From Flavobacteriaceae bacterium (GTDB lineage: Bacteria; Bacteroidota; Bacteroidia; Flavobacteriales; Flavobacteriaceae), in the NCBI GenBank assembly GCA_029243165.1, contig JAQWSN010000006.1:46083-110082 (forward strand): a stretch of DNA of 64,000 nt, given 5' to 3'. Numbering within the stretch: position 1 is the stretch's first letter; each line of letters starts with the position of its first letter. Positions 47,011-55,541 of the stretch are shown here, one piece after another. A program made the position numbers and the translations under genes. The notes beneath the pieces are model-generated. The model searched no databases, had not been told where the DNA came from, and saw only the letters and a program-made list of their open reading frames with translations.

Positions 47011-48441
47011 ATGACTCCAGAAAATTTCTGCAAACGACTTGAAGCAAATTTTGCTTTTAAACCTACTGAATCTCAGCAGCTATGGTTTACAGCCATTACA
47101 GATTTTATTTTTTCAAAAAAACCGAATACGGCATTTTTACTTAAGGGATATGCAGGGACCGGTAAAACCACCCTAGTTAGTTCATTGGTCAACGATATTC
47201 GTAATGCGGGTTACAAGGCGGTACTAATGGCTCCTACAGGCCGAGCTGCTAAAGTTATGGCTACCTATTCCAAAGTTTCAGCGAAGACCATTCACAAACA
47301 AATTTATTATCCCAAAGCTGAAAAAGGAGGTAAGATGAGTTTTCAGCTCAAGCCCAATAAATATAAAAAAACACTTTTTGTTATTGATGAGGCTTCAATG
47401 ATCGGTGATGATCGTCAAAATACTAAGCTGTTTGAAAACGGTTCTTTACTCCACGATGTGGTTCAGTACGTAAGCCAAGGAACTGATTGTAAACTTTTGT
47501 TTGTTGGTGATCAAGCGCAATTGCCCCCCGTACATTTAGACCTTAGTCCAGCATTGGACGAAGAAGAATTGCGTCAATTTCATTTTGATCAAGTTTTTAG
47601 TATTGAATTGGAAGGGGTGGTCCGTCAAAAAAAAGACTCGGGAATTTTAAAAAATGCGACACAACTGCGTGTTGATTTAAACCATAAAGTTTACGATCAA
47701 TTTAAGTTTGATATTGAAGGAACTAAGGATATTAGTTACACCAACAACGGAATGGATGTTTTTGAAGCCATAGAGTCTACTTTTTCAGAAGCAGGAGTGG
47801 ATCAAACTGTTTTTATCGTGAGATCGAACAAGCGTGCGAATATTTACAACGAAAATATTAGAAGACGGATACTGGGATTGGAAGATGAATTATCTGTAGG
47901 TGACCAGTTGATGGTTGTGAAAAATAATTATTTCTGGTTGGCTCCAGATTCAGCTCCCGGATTTATTGCTAATGGCGATGTTGTAAAAATTTTGTCGATT
48001 CACACAAGAAAAGAATTGTATGGATTTTCATTTGCTGAGGTAAGCGTTCAATTGGTGGACTACCCAGAGGAGAAACCATTTGATACAGTTTTATTATTAG
48101 ATACACTTCAAGCAGAAACAGCCTCGCTCTCTTATGAAGAAGGAAACCGATTGTATCAGTCTGTGATGGAAGATTATGCATCAGAGCGTTCCAAATTCAA
48201 GCAATTTTTAAAAGTGAAAAATAATCGTTTTTTCAATGCATTACAAGTGAAGTATTCTTATGCGGTAACCTGTCATAAATCTCAAGGAGGACAATGGGAA
48301 CACGTTTTTATTGAAAAACCTTACCTTGCCGAGGGGCCCAACAAAGATTATTTGCGCTGGTTGTACACAGCAATGACACGTTCGACCAAGCATCTCTATC
48401 TTTTAGGTTTTCCCAATGAAGACTTTATCAATTTAGAATAA
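47011..48441 (+). CDS. RecD-like SF1 ATP-dependent DNA helicase
   Basis: Track start is TTG 46999; the first ATG is 47011. Walker A GYAGTGKTT, Walker B FVIDEASM, and C-terminal helicase motif YAVTCHKSQG. Confidence 0.8.
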   Translation: MTPENFCKRLEANFAFKPTESQQLWFTAITDFIFSKKPNTAFLLKGYAGTGKTTLVSSLVNDIRNAGYKAVLMAPTGRAAKVMATYSKVSAKTIHKQIYYPKAEKGGKMSFQLKPNKYKKTLFVIDEASMIGDDRQNTKLFENGSLLHDVVQYVSQGTDCKLLFVGDQAQLPPVHLDLSPALDEEELRQFHFDQVFSIELEGVVRQKKDSGILKNATQLRVDLNHKVYDQFKFDIEGTKDISYTNNGMDVFEAIESTFSEAGVDQTVFIVRSNKRANIYNENIRRRILGLEDELSVGDQLMVVKNNYFWLAPDSAPGFIANGDVVKILSIHTRKELYGFSFAEVSVQLVDYPEEKPFDTVLLLDTLQAETASLSYEEGNRLYQSVMEDYASERSKFKQFLKVKNNRFFNALQVKYSYAVTCHKSQGGQWEHVFIEKPYLAEGPNKDYLRWLYTAMTRSTKHLYLLGFPNEDFINLE

Positions 48442-48443
48442 CT

Positions 48444-48986
48444 ATGGGAAATTTGTTTTCTCGGTTTGTTTTCTACAAACTTTTGAATTGGAAAATGATA
48501 GGTCAATTTCCTTCTTTTCCAAAATACATTGTAGCTGTTGTACCCCATACAAGTTGGGTGGACTTTTTCATCGGACTAATGGTACGCAGTATTTCGAAAG
48601 AGCAAATAAATTTTTTAGGAAAAAAAGAATTGTTTACACCCCTTACTGCTTGGTTTTTTAGAGGACTTGGTGGGGCACCTGTTGATCGATCAGGGAAACT
48701 CGGTACTGTAGAGGCTATTGCAAATGTATTTGATTCTCATGAAAAATTTAGAATTGCTTTAGCTCCTGAGGGGACACGGAAAAAAGTCAATGTGCTCCGA
48801 ACAGGATATTATCATTTGGCTAAAAAGTTGCAAATCCCTATTGTTCCAGTAGCTTTTGATTACAAAAACAAAAAAGTTGTAGTACATCAGCCATTTCATA
48901 CCACAGAAAATGAATCTGAAGATTTAAAAGCTTTGGAAAAACAGTTTAAAGGAGTAGAGGGGTATTCAAAAGAGAAAAGTTTCTAA
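48444..48986 (+). CDS. PlsC-like 1-acyl-sn-glycerol-3-phosphate acyltransferase family protein
   Basis: 180 aa. HxxxxD motif HTSWVD and APEGTR motif. Confidence 0.7.
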   Translation: MGNLFSRFVFYKLLNWKMIGQFPSFPKYIVAVVPHTSWVDFFIGLMVRSISKEQINFLGKKELFTPLTAWFFRGLGGAPVDRSGKLGTVEAIANVFDSHEKFRIALAPEGTRKKVNVLRTGYYHLAKKLQIPIVPVAFDYKNKKVVVHQPFHTTENESEDLKALEKQFKGVEGYSKEKSF

Positions 48987-49705
48987 GTCTCTTCTTTTAT
49001 TTCAAGGGTATGGTAAACGTTTTGAACGTCGTCGTCTTCTTCAATCTTTTCAATGAGTTGAAGAACCTCTTCTTGGGCATCTTGTACTAAGGCTTTTGTA
49101 GTTTGAGGAATACGTTCAAAACCAGAAGAAAGAATTTCAAAATTGCGTTTTTCAAGTTCTTTTTGAACCTCTCCAAAACTTTCAAACGGAGCATAGAGTA
49201 GCATGCCGTCGTCATCTAAGAAAACTTCTTCAACGCCAAAATCAATGAATTCTAATTCAATTTCCTCTGGGTCTAAATCGGTAGCATCAATTCTAAAATT
49301 ACAACTGTGATCAAACATAAACTCTACAGAACCTGCAGTGCCTAAATTTCCATTGGCTTTATTAAAATAAGATCGAATATTGGCTACAGTCCTGTTGTTA
49401 TTGTCTGTAGCTGTTTCCACCAAAACTGCAATTCCATGGGGTGCATAACCTTCAAAAAGGACTTCTTTAAAATCACCAGAGTCTTTGTCAGAGGCTTTTT
49501 TAATAGCTCGCTCCACATTTTCCTTAGGCATGTTTGCTGCCTTGGCGTTTTGAATTACTGCACGGAGTCTGGAGTTGTTATCGGTGTCGGGTCCACCTTC
49601 TTTTACTGCCATGACAATGTCTTTACCGATTCGGGTAAAGGTTTTTGCCATTGCGGACCAACGCTTCATTTTCCTTGCTTTTCTAAACTCAAATGCTCTT
49701 CCCAT
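48983..49705 (-). CDS. YebC/PmpR-family transcriptional regulator
   Basis: 240 aa. MGRAFEFRKARKMKRW N-terminus, diagnostic of the YebC family. Confidence 0.93.
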   Translation of the reverse strand: MGRAFEFRKARKMKRWSAMAKTFTRIGKDIVMAVKEGGPDTDNNSRLRAVIQNAKAANMPKENVERAIKKASDKDSGDFKEVLFEGYAPHGIAVLVETATDNNNRTVANIRSYFNKANGNLGTAGSVEFMFDHSCNFRIDATDLDPEEIELEFIDFGVEEVFLDDDGMLLYAPFESFGEVQKELEKRNFEILSSGFERIPQTTKALVQDAQEEVLQLIEKIEEDDDVQNVYHTLEIKEET

Positions 49706-49741
49706 AATTTTGTATTGCGTTGCTAAAATAAAAAATTAGAA

Positions 49742-50566
49742 TTATTTTTTGGGTAGCTTTAAAGTCAGATCATCGAGAACATCTAAGTAGGAGGGCAAAA
49801 TGTGATTTGGAAGCCTATTTTCTTTTGGAAGAGTAGCTATGTAGCGAATGGTATTTGATGTGAATACCTGCTTGTAAATACCTGGCTTTTGGTGGCGTCT
49901 TTCTACAATGTTTTTGATAAAATCAAAATGGGAAATTAAATCCGTACTTCCCAAATGGAATACTCCTGTTTTTTTGTGGTTAATCAAATAATGGATTTGC
50001 TGACTCAAACGAATATCACTGTTCACATTAATGATGGAATTTGGAAAAACCTCTAGGGCAGTATTTTCATTAATAGCCTGGTCTATCTGTAGTGTTCTCG
50101 GTGCATTTAACCCAAAAATCATTGGGAGTCTAGCTACAACATATTTCCCTGTAGGTAAACGCATCAATTGATTTTCTATTTTGATTTTAAAACGTCCGAA
50201 GGTACTCTCTGAAAATGTTTTGTCATATTCATAGGAGGGATAGTGTTCGAATGAATCAAATACATTGGCAGAGGAAAGAAACAGAATTCTACAATTACTT
50301 TTTTGGATGAGCTTAATCAAAAAGTCGTGGGTTTCCAGTTGAGCGTTGAAATTTCCTCTTAGGGCTGAAATAATCAACCTTGGTTTTACATCTTTTAAGA
50401 TGTCTTCAAGCCCCCCTTGTTCGAGATTAAAATAAAAAAAATGTTGATTTTTTTGATACCCTTTGGCAGTATTGTAGGTAGCGAAAGTGTTGTAATAAGG
50501 AGCCAATTCTTTGTACAAGCAATTGCCAATAAATCCACTTCCACCTAAAATGAGAATTGACTTCAA
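49742..50566 (-). CDS. NAD(P)-dependent epimerase/dehydratase-fold (RmlD-like) protein
   Basis: 274 aa with N-terminal ILGGSGFIGNCL Rossmann motif. Confidence 0.65.
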   Translation of the reverse strand: MKSILILGGSGFIGNCLYKELAPYYNTFATYNTAKGYQKNQHFFYFNLEQGGLEDILKDVKPRLIISALRGNFNAQLETHDFLIKLIQKSNCRILFLSSANVFDSFEHYPSYEYDKTFSESTFGRFKIKIENQLMRLPTGKYVVARLPMIFGLNAPRTLQIDQAINENTALEVFPNSIINVNSDIRLSQQIHYLINHKKTGVFHLGSTDLISHFDFIKNIVERRHQKPGIYKQVFTSNTIRYIATLPKENRLPNHILPSYLDVLDDLTLKLPKK

Positions 50567-50569
50567 AAT

Positions 50570-51655
50570 TTAGGATTTTATGAAGGGCAGCTTGACGATC
50601 TTGCCAGTACAATTTTTCTCACGAATAAAGACACCAATTGAAGAATCTGTTTTGGCAAATTTTGAATTTACATAGCCCAAACCAATACCTTTTGAAAGGA
50701 TCGGTGATTGCGTTCCTGATGTAACCCTACCGATTACGGCATTATTTTCATCAACGATATCGTGTCCTGATCTTGGAATCGCTCGATCATCCATAACGAA
50801 GGCAATCAATTTTTGTTCAGTTCCGTGATCAATTTCACTTTTAATTTGCTTTGCATTAATGCACCCTTTTTCAGGTTTGCTAATCCATTTTAAACCTGCT
50901 GCAATAGGTGAGGTTGTGTCATTAATTTCATTTCCGTAAAGACAGTATCCCATTTCAGTTCTTAGGGTATCCCTTGCTGCTAGTCCAACAGGGGCAATGT
51001 CATACTCCTTGCCGGCTTCTAGAATTGCATCCCAAATTTGAATAGCTTTCGTTGCGGGAAAATAAATTTCAATCCCGCCAGCACCCGTGTAACCGGTTGT
51101 GGCGATTAAAGTATTCTCACACCCTGCAAATGTTCCACTCGTATGACTGTAAAAAGGGAGTTTGTCTAAATCACTTGAAGTAAGTTTTTGCATGGCCTTA
51201 ATCGCTTTAGGACCTTGTATGGCGAGCAAAGCGGTTTCTTCACTTCGGTTTTCTAATTGAGCACCAAAATTAATATTGTGTTTCTGAATCCATTCCCAGT
51301 CTTTTGAAATATTGGAGGCATTAACAACAAGAAGATAGGTAGATTCATCTAAACGATAAACAATCAAGTCATCTACAATTCCTCCCGTTTCATTAGGGAA
51401 ATAGTTGTATTGAGCCTTTCCAACGGATATTTTGGAAATGTCATTACTGCAAACGTATTGAAGCAGAGAAAGTGCTTGGGGTCCAGAGACATAAAATTCA
51501 CCCATGTGGGAAACATCAAATACTCCCAGATTATTTCGAACAGTGAGATGTTCTTTTTTGACCCCTGAATATTGGATCGGCATCTCGTAACCTCCAAACG
51601 AAGTCATTTTTGCATTCAATTCTAGATGTTTATTGTAGAGTGTTGTTTTTTTCAT
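50570..51655 (-). CDS. gcvT: glycine cleavage system aminomethyltransferase T
   Basis: Track start is TTG 51667; ATG at 51655 (MKKTTLY..). GGYEMPIQY, FDVSHMGE and TGYTGAGG motifs. Confidence 0.95.
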   Translation of the reverse strand: MKKTTLYNKHLELNAKMTSFGGYEMPIQYSGVKKEHLTVRNNLGVFDVSHMGEFYVSGPQALSLLQYVCSNDISKISVGKAQYNYFPNETGGIVDDLIVYRLDESTYLLVVNASNISKDWEWIQKHNINFGAQLENRSEETALLAIQGPKAIKAMQKLTSSDLDKLPFYSHTSGTFAGCENTLIATTGYTGAGGIEIYFPATKAIQIWDAILEAGKEYDIAPVGLAARDTLRTEMGYCLYGNEINDTTSPIAAGLKWISKPEKGCINAKQIKSEIDHGTEQKLIAFVMDDRAIPRSGHDIVDENNAVIGRVTSGTQSPILSKGIGLGYVNSKFAKTDSSIGVFIREKNCTGKIVKLPFIKS

Positions 51656-51677
51656 AAGTTCATACAAAAATTAGTTT

Positions 51678-53312
51678 ATGTATTTAGTTCTGGAAAGCAA
51701 ATTGTACAATACACTTTTTTTAGCCTTATTTTTTTTGGCTTACTCCCCAAACATCAATGGACAAAAGTCGGAACTTTCCTCCGATTTTCATAAAAATAGA
51801 CGTGTTGAATTACAACAAAAGTTACCGAGTAATAGTGTTGCTGTTTTCTTTTCATCTCCAGTAAGAAATCGCGCTAATGACGTTGATTATGTCTATCATC
51901 CCGATCCAAATTTTTTTTACTTGACAGGATGGAATGAGCCCCACGCAGTTTTACTTGTTTTCAATGTACCGCAAGAGGATGAAGAGGGGATTTACTATGA
52001 AAAATTATACGTACGCGAACGCGACGCTCGAAACGAGATGTGGAATGGAAAACAATTGGGGATTCAGGGTGCAGAAACAATGGGTTTTGATCGCGTGGCT
52101 AGTAAAAAAGAATTTGTTAATACCTCTTTAAAACTGGATCGTTTTGATTCGGTTTTGATGTTTGATTTTGAAAATGATGTACGTGATGATAAATCAGATG
52201 CAAGTGATTTGTTCAATTTGCAGGAGCATTTTAAAAATGCTGTTAATTATCCAGAAGATTTTGATGCCGATCGATATCGCTTGTACCAAAGGATTAGAAC
52301 AGCAGAGGAAGAGGAGATTCCTTCTCTGAAACGCATGATTTCTTTTTATGCTCAACAAGATGAAACTCTTATGGTGGATCCCGTAATTAAAGATTTTATG
52401 AATCCTGATGATAATACTCCATTGATTGATTTACAATCGCGTACGGCATATTTAGTAAGAGATTATAATTTTGACATCGACCAACTCCCATACTTGATGG
52501 CCAGTTTGAGGGAAAAAAAGCAACCCGAAGAAATAAAATTGCTCAAAAAAGCAATCCAAATTTCAGCCCAAGGGCAAATTGAAGTCATGAAAGCAATTCA
52601 CCCTGAAATGACTGAGCGCGAGGTCCAAGGAATTCATCAGCTTGTTTATAAAAAATACGGTGCAGCTCATGAAGGATATCCCTCCATTGTAGGAGCGGGA
52701 GAAAATGCTTGTGTTTTACATTACATCACAAACGATAAAACAGATCTTAAAAATCAGCTAATTCTAATGGATTTAGGTGCTGAATACAATGGATATACTG
52801 CCGATGTAACTAGAACAATTCCAGTCTCAGGTAAATTTACTCCTGAACAAAAAGCTTTGTACCAAATTGTTTATGATGCTCAGAACGCAGGGATTCTTGC
52901 GGCTCAAAAAGGGGCTAGTTTTAGAGCAATTACAGATGCTGCTAATGAGGAAGTGAAAAAAGGTCTACTCGCACTAGGTCTTATTGAGAATCCTGAAGAA
53001 TTTAGACGGTACCTACCTCACGGAGTAGCTCATCACATTGGGCTGGATGTTCATGATCCTGGCTTGTATGAAAATTTAGACATCGATATGGTGATTACTG
53101 TTGAGCCTGGTATTTATGTTCCCCAAGACAGCCCTTGTGATCCAAAATGGTGGAATATTGGCATTCGTATTGAGGACGATATACTAATTACAGAAGAGGG
53201 ACCTGTAAATTTATCTGCTGCCGCGCCCAGAGCATGGGAAGAAATTGAAAAAATGATGTCCAAAACAAGCCCTTTAGATGATTTTAAACTGCCGGAACTA
53301 GTAATTGATTAA
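51678..53312 (+). CDS. pepP: Xaa-Pro aminopeptidase (M24B), exported
   Basis: 544 aa. Signal peptide. AMP_N segment FFYLTGWNEPHAVLL. Metal ligands in DLGAEYNGYTADVTRT, HGVAHHIGLDVHD, EPGIY and RIEDD. Confidence 0.8.
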   Translation: MYLVLESKLYNTLFLALFFLAYSPNINGQKSELSSDFHKNRRVELQQKLPSNSVAVFFSSPVRNRANDVDYVYHPDPNFFYLTGWNEPHAVLLVFNVPQEDEEGIYYEKLYVRERDARNEMWNGKQLGIQGAETMGFDRVASKKEFVNTSLKLDRFDSVLMFDFENDVRDDKSDASDLFNLQEHFKNAVNYPEDFDADRYRLYQRIRTAEEEEIPSLKRMISFYAQQDETLMVDPVIKDFMNPDDNTPLIDLQSRTAYLVRDYNFDIDQLPYLMASLREKKQPEEIKLLKKAIQISAQGQIEVMKAIHPEMTEREVQGIHQLVYKKYGAAHEGYPSIVGAGENACVLHYITNDKTDLKNQLILMDLGAEYNGYTADVTRTIPVSGKFTPEQKALYQIVYDAQNAGILAAQKGASFRAITDAANEEVKKGLLALGLIENPEEFRRYLPHGVAHHIGLDVHDPGLYENLDIDMVITVEPGIYVPQDSPCDPKWWNIGIRIEDDILITEEGPVNLSAAAPRAWEEIEKMMSKTSPLDDFKLPELVID

Positions 53313-54613
53313 CGCTCCAGCAAGTAATTTTTTAATGCTTTGTAATCACTAATAGGAATACTTAGCTTGGGTTTATCAAGAATTTTTATTACTTGATTGG
53401 GAAGCTCAAGTTTGAGCTTAAGGGTTGCCTCCACAGTAGGGGCAAATTTGATGGGGTGTGCCGTTTCTAAAAAAATGCCCTGAACATTATTTCCCTCTTG
53501 AGTATCAAGGTAGTCTTTGAGTCCGAGATAACTTACAGCACCATGGGGATCGGCGATATACTTACTTTCACCATATATTTCTTTAAGAGCCCTTTTGGTT
53601 TGTGAATCCGAATAAGCATAACCACTTACAACTTTCTTTAGTTTGTAAAAATCATTGTTGAATAATTTTTGAATTCGAATAAAATTACTTGGGTCACCAA
53701 CGTCCATTGCATTGGAAAGGGTAGACACTGATTTTTTTGGTTCGTAATTTCCTGAATTTAAATAACTAGGAACAGTATCGTTAATGTTTGTACTTGCAAT
53801 AAAGTGTTTTATTGGGAGGCCCATCTGATGAGCGACTAAACCCGCACAAAGATTTCCAAAATTACCACTGGGTACAGAGATGATTAAATCCTTATCGGGA
53901 TGGGGTCTATTTTTATAGGCAATAAAGTAATAGAACATTTGTGCAAGCCAGCGTGCAATATTAATTGAATTTGCCGAGGTAAGAGGGACACTGTTGGTGA
54001 GTTCAGGATCAATAAAGGCAGACTTTACCATATTTTGACAGTCGTCAAAGGTTCCCTCTACTTCAAGAGCAGTTATGTTTTCTCCTAAGGTTGTAAGTTG
54101 CTTTTCTTGTACTTCACTCACTTTTCCTTTTGGATAAAGAATTACGACATCAATTCCTTCGACCTTGTAAAAGCCGTCAGCAACCGCCCCACCAGTATCT
54201 CCAGAGGTAGCTACTAAAATGGTTAATTTTTTTTGTTCTTTAATTTCGTGTGCGTAAGAGAGACAGCGAGCCATAAAACGAGCCCCTACATCTTTAAAAG
54301 CAAGAGTAGGCCCGTGGAATAACTCTAAGCTGGCAATGGAGCTAGTAATAGGGACAATTGGGAAGTCAAAATTCAAAGTTTCCTCAACGATTGATTCTAA
54401 TCGTTCTTCTGGAATGTCATCACCTACAAAGGTTCGGATGGCTGTCAAAGCCAGTTCATGATTACTTAAATTGGGGATATTTTCAATAAACTCTTTTGAG
54501 AGGACTGGTATTTTTTCAGGAAAATACAAGCCTCGATCTGGAGCAAGTCCCTTGCATACTGCTTCAAGAAAGCCTACTGTGGAAGAGTTAAAATTTAAAC
54601 TGAAGTAGTTCAT
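53309..54613 (-). CDS. thrC: threonine synthase
   Basis: 434 aa. PLP-lysine context GPTLAFKDVGARF and TSGDTGGA. Confidence 0.92.
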   Translation of the reverse strand: MNYFSLNFNSSTVGFLEAVCKGLAPDRGLYFPEKIPVLSKEFIENIPNLSNHELALTAIRTFVGDDIPEERLESIVEETLNFDFPIVPITSSIASLELFHGPTLAFKDVGARFMARCLSYAHEIKEQKKLTILVATSGDTGGAVADGFYKVEGIDVVILYPKGKVSEVQEKQLTTLGENITALEVEGTFDDCQNMVKSAFIDPELTNSVPLTSANSINIARWLAQMFYYFIAYKNRPHPDKDLIISVPSGNFGNLCAGLVAHQMGLPIKHFIASTNINDTVPSYLNSGNYEPKKSVSTLSNAMDVGDPSNFIRIQKLFNNDFYKLKKVVSGYAYSDSQTKRALKEIYGESKYIADPHGAVSYLGLKDYLDTQEGNNVQGIFLETAHPIKFAPTVEATLKLKLELPNQVIKILDKPKLSIPISDYKALKNYLLER

Positions 54614-55539
54614 GACCGATCTAAAATTTTGATTCCTTCAGTATTGATTTTTGAAAGGTGTAATTGGTAGTCTAAGTTTAAATTTTTGTAAATACTTTCC
54701 ATAGCAATTCCAACTTTTTCAGCGGTTTGTCTTCCTTTTGATAAAGCAAATATCGAAGGACCAGACCCTGAAATACCACTACCAAGGGCTCCTGCTTTTA
54801 GGGCAGCCTGACGTGTTTCTTCAAACTTAGGAATCAACATCGCTCTGTAAGGTTCAATAACTTTATCTTCCATACTTCTGGAGAGTAAGTCGTAATCGTC
54901 TGTGTACAATGCGCTTACGAAAGCTCCAAGATTTCCCCATTGTTCAATAGCCTTGTTCAGAGGTATCGTTGGTTTTAAAATTGATCTGGAATGCAATGTT
55001 TTTAGTTCAATTTTGGGATGTATTACGGTAGCTACTAATTCTGTGGGGTTTGGAAGTTTAATGACGTCTAAGGTTTCATTACTTCGGACAAGGGTAAAAC
55101 CACCTAAAAGAACTGGTGCTAGATTATCAGCATGCGCAGCACCACTAGCAATCGCTTCTCCTGCCATTGCAAATCGAATTAATTCCTTGCTGCTGTATGG
55201 ATTGCCAAGTAATTCATTAATTCCAAAAACAGCTCCGGCAGCGCTAGCAGCACTACTTCCAATTCCACTTCCCGGCTTAATTTTTTTGTCAATATCAATT
55301 TGGAAACCGAATTCACTGGATGTTTCTTTTAGAAGTGCAAGACCAGCCACACTAGCTACATTTTTTTGAGGATCTTTTGGAAGAGTTTGCCCTGATACAT
55401 TTCCGATGGTAACCCCAGGGGTATTTGTTTTCGAAATCCGCATAATATCTCCAATTGGATCCAAGCAAAATCCCAATACATCAAAACCACAAGATACATT
55501 TGCTACACTAGCTGGGGCAAAAAGTTCTATTTGGTTCAT
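54610..55539 (-). CDS. thrB: homoserine kinase
   Basis: 309 aa. GHMP kinase motif PGSGIGSSAASAA. ATGA overlap with thrC. Confidence 0.92.
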   Translation of the reverse strand: MNQIELFAPASVANVSCGFDVLGFCLDPIGDIMRISKTNTPGVTIGNVSGQTLPKDPQKNVASVAGLALLKETSSEFGFQIDIDKKIKPGSGIGSSAASAAGAVFGINELLGNPYSSKELIRFAMAGEAIASGAAHADNLAPVLLGGFTLVRSNETLDVIKLPNPTELVATVIHPKIELKTLHSRSILKPTIPLNKAIEQWGNLGAFVSALYTDDYDLLSRSMEDKVIEPYRAMLIPKFEETRQAALKAGALGSGISGSGPSIFALSKGRQTAEKVGIAMESIYKNLNLDYQLHLSKINTEGIKILDRS

Positions 55540-55541
55540 AA

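Noticed and set aside
51656-51677. Expected a glycine riboswitch upstream of gcvT
   Set aside because: Only about 22 nt separate the gcvT start from the divergent pepP start, and the pepP signal peptide fixes its own start. There is no room for a riboswitch aptamer of about 100-200 nt.
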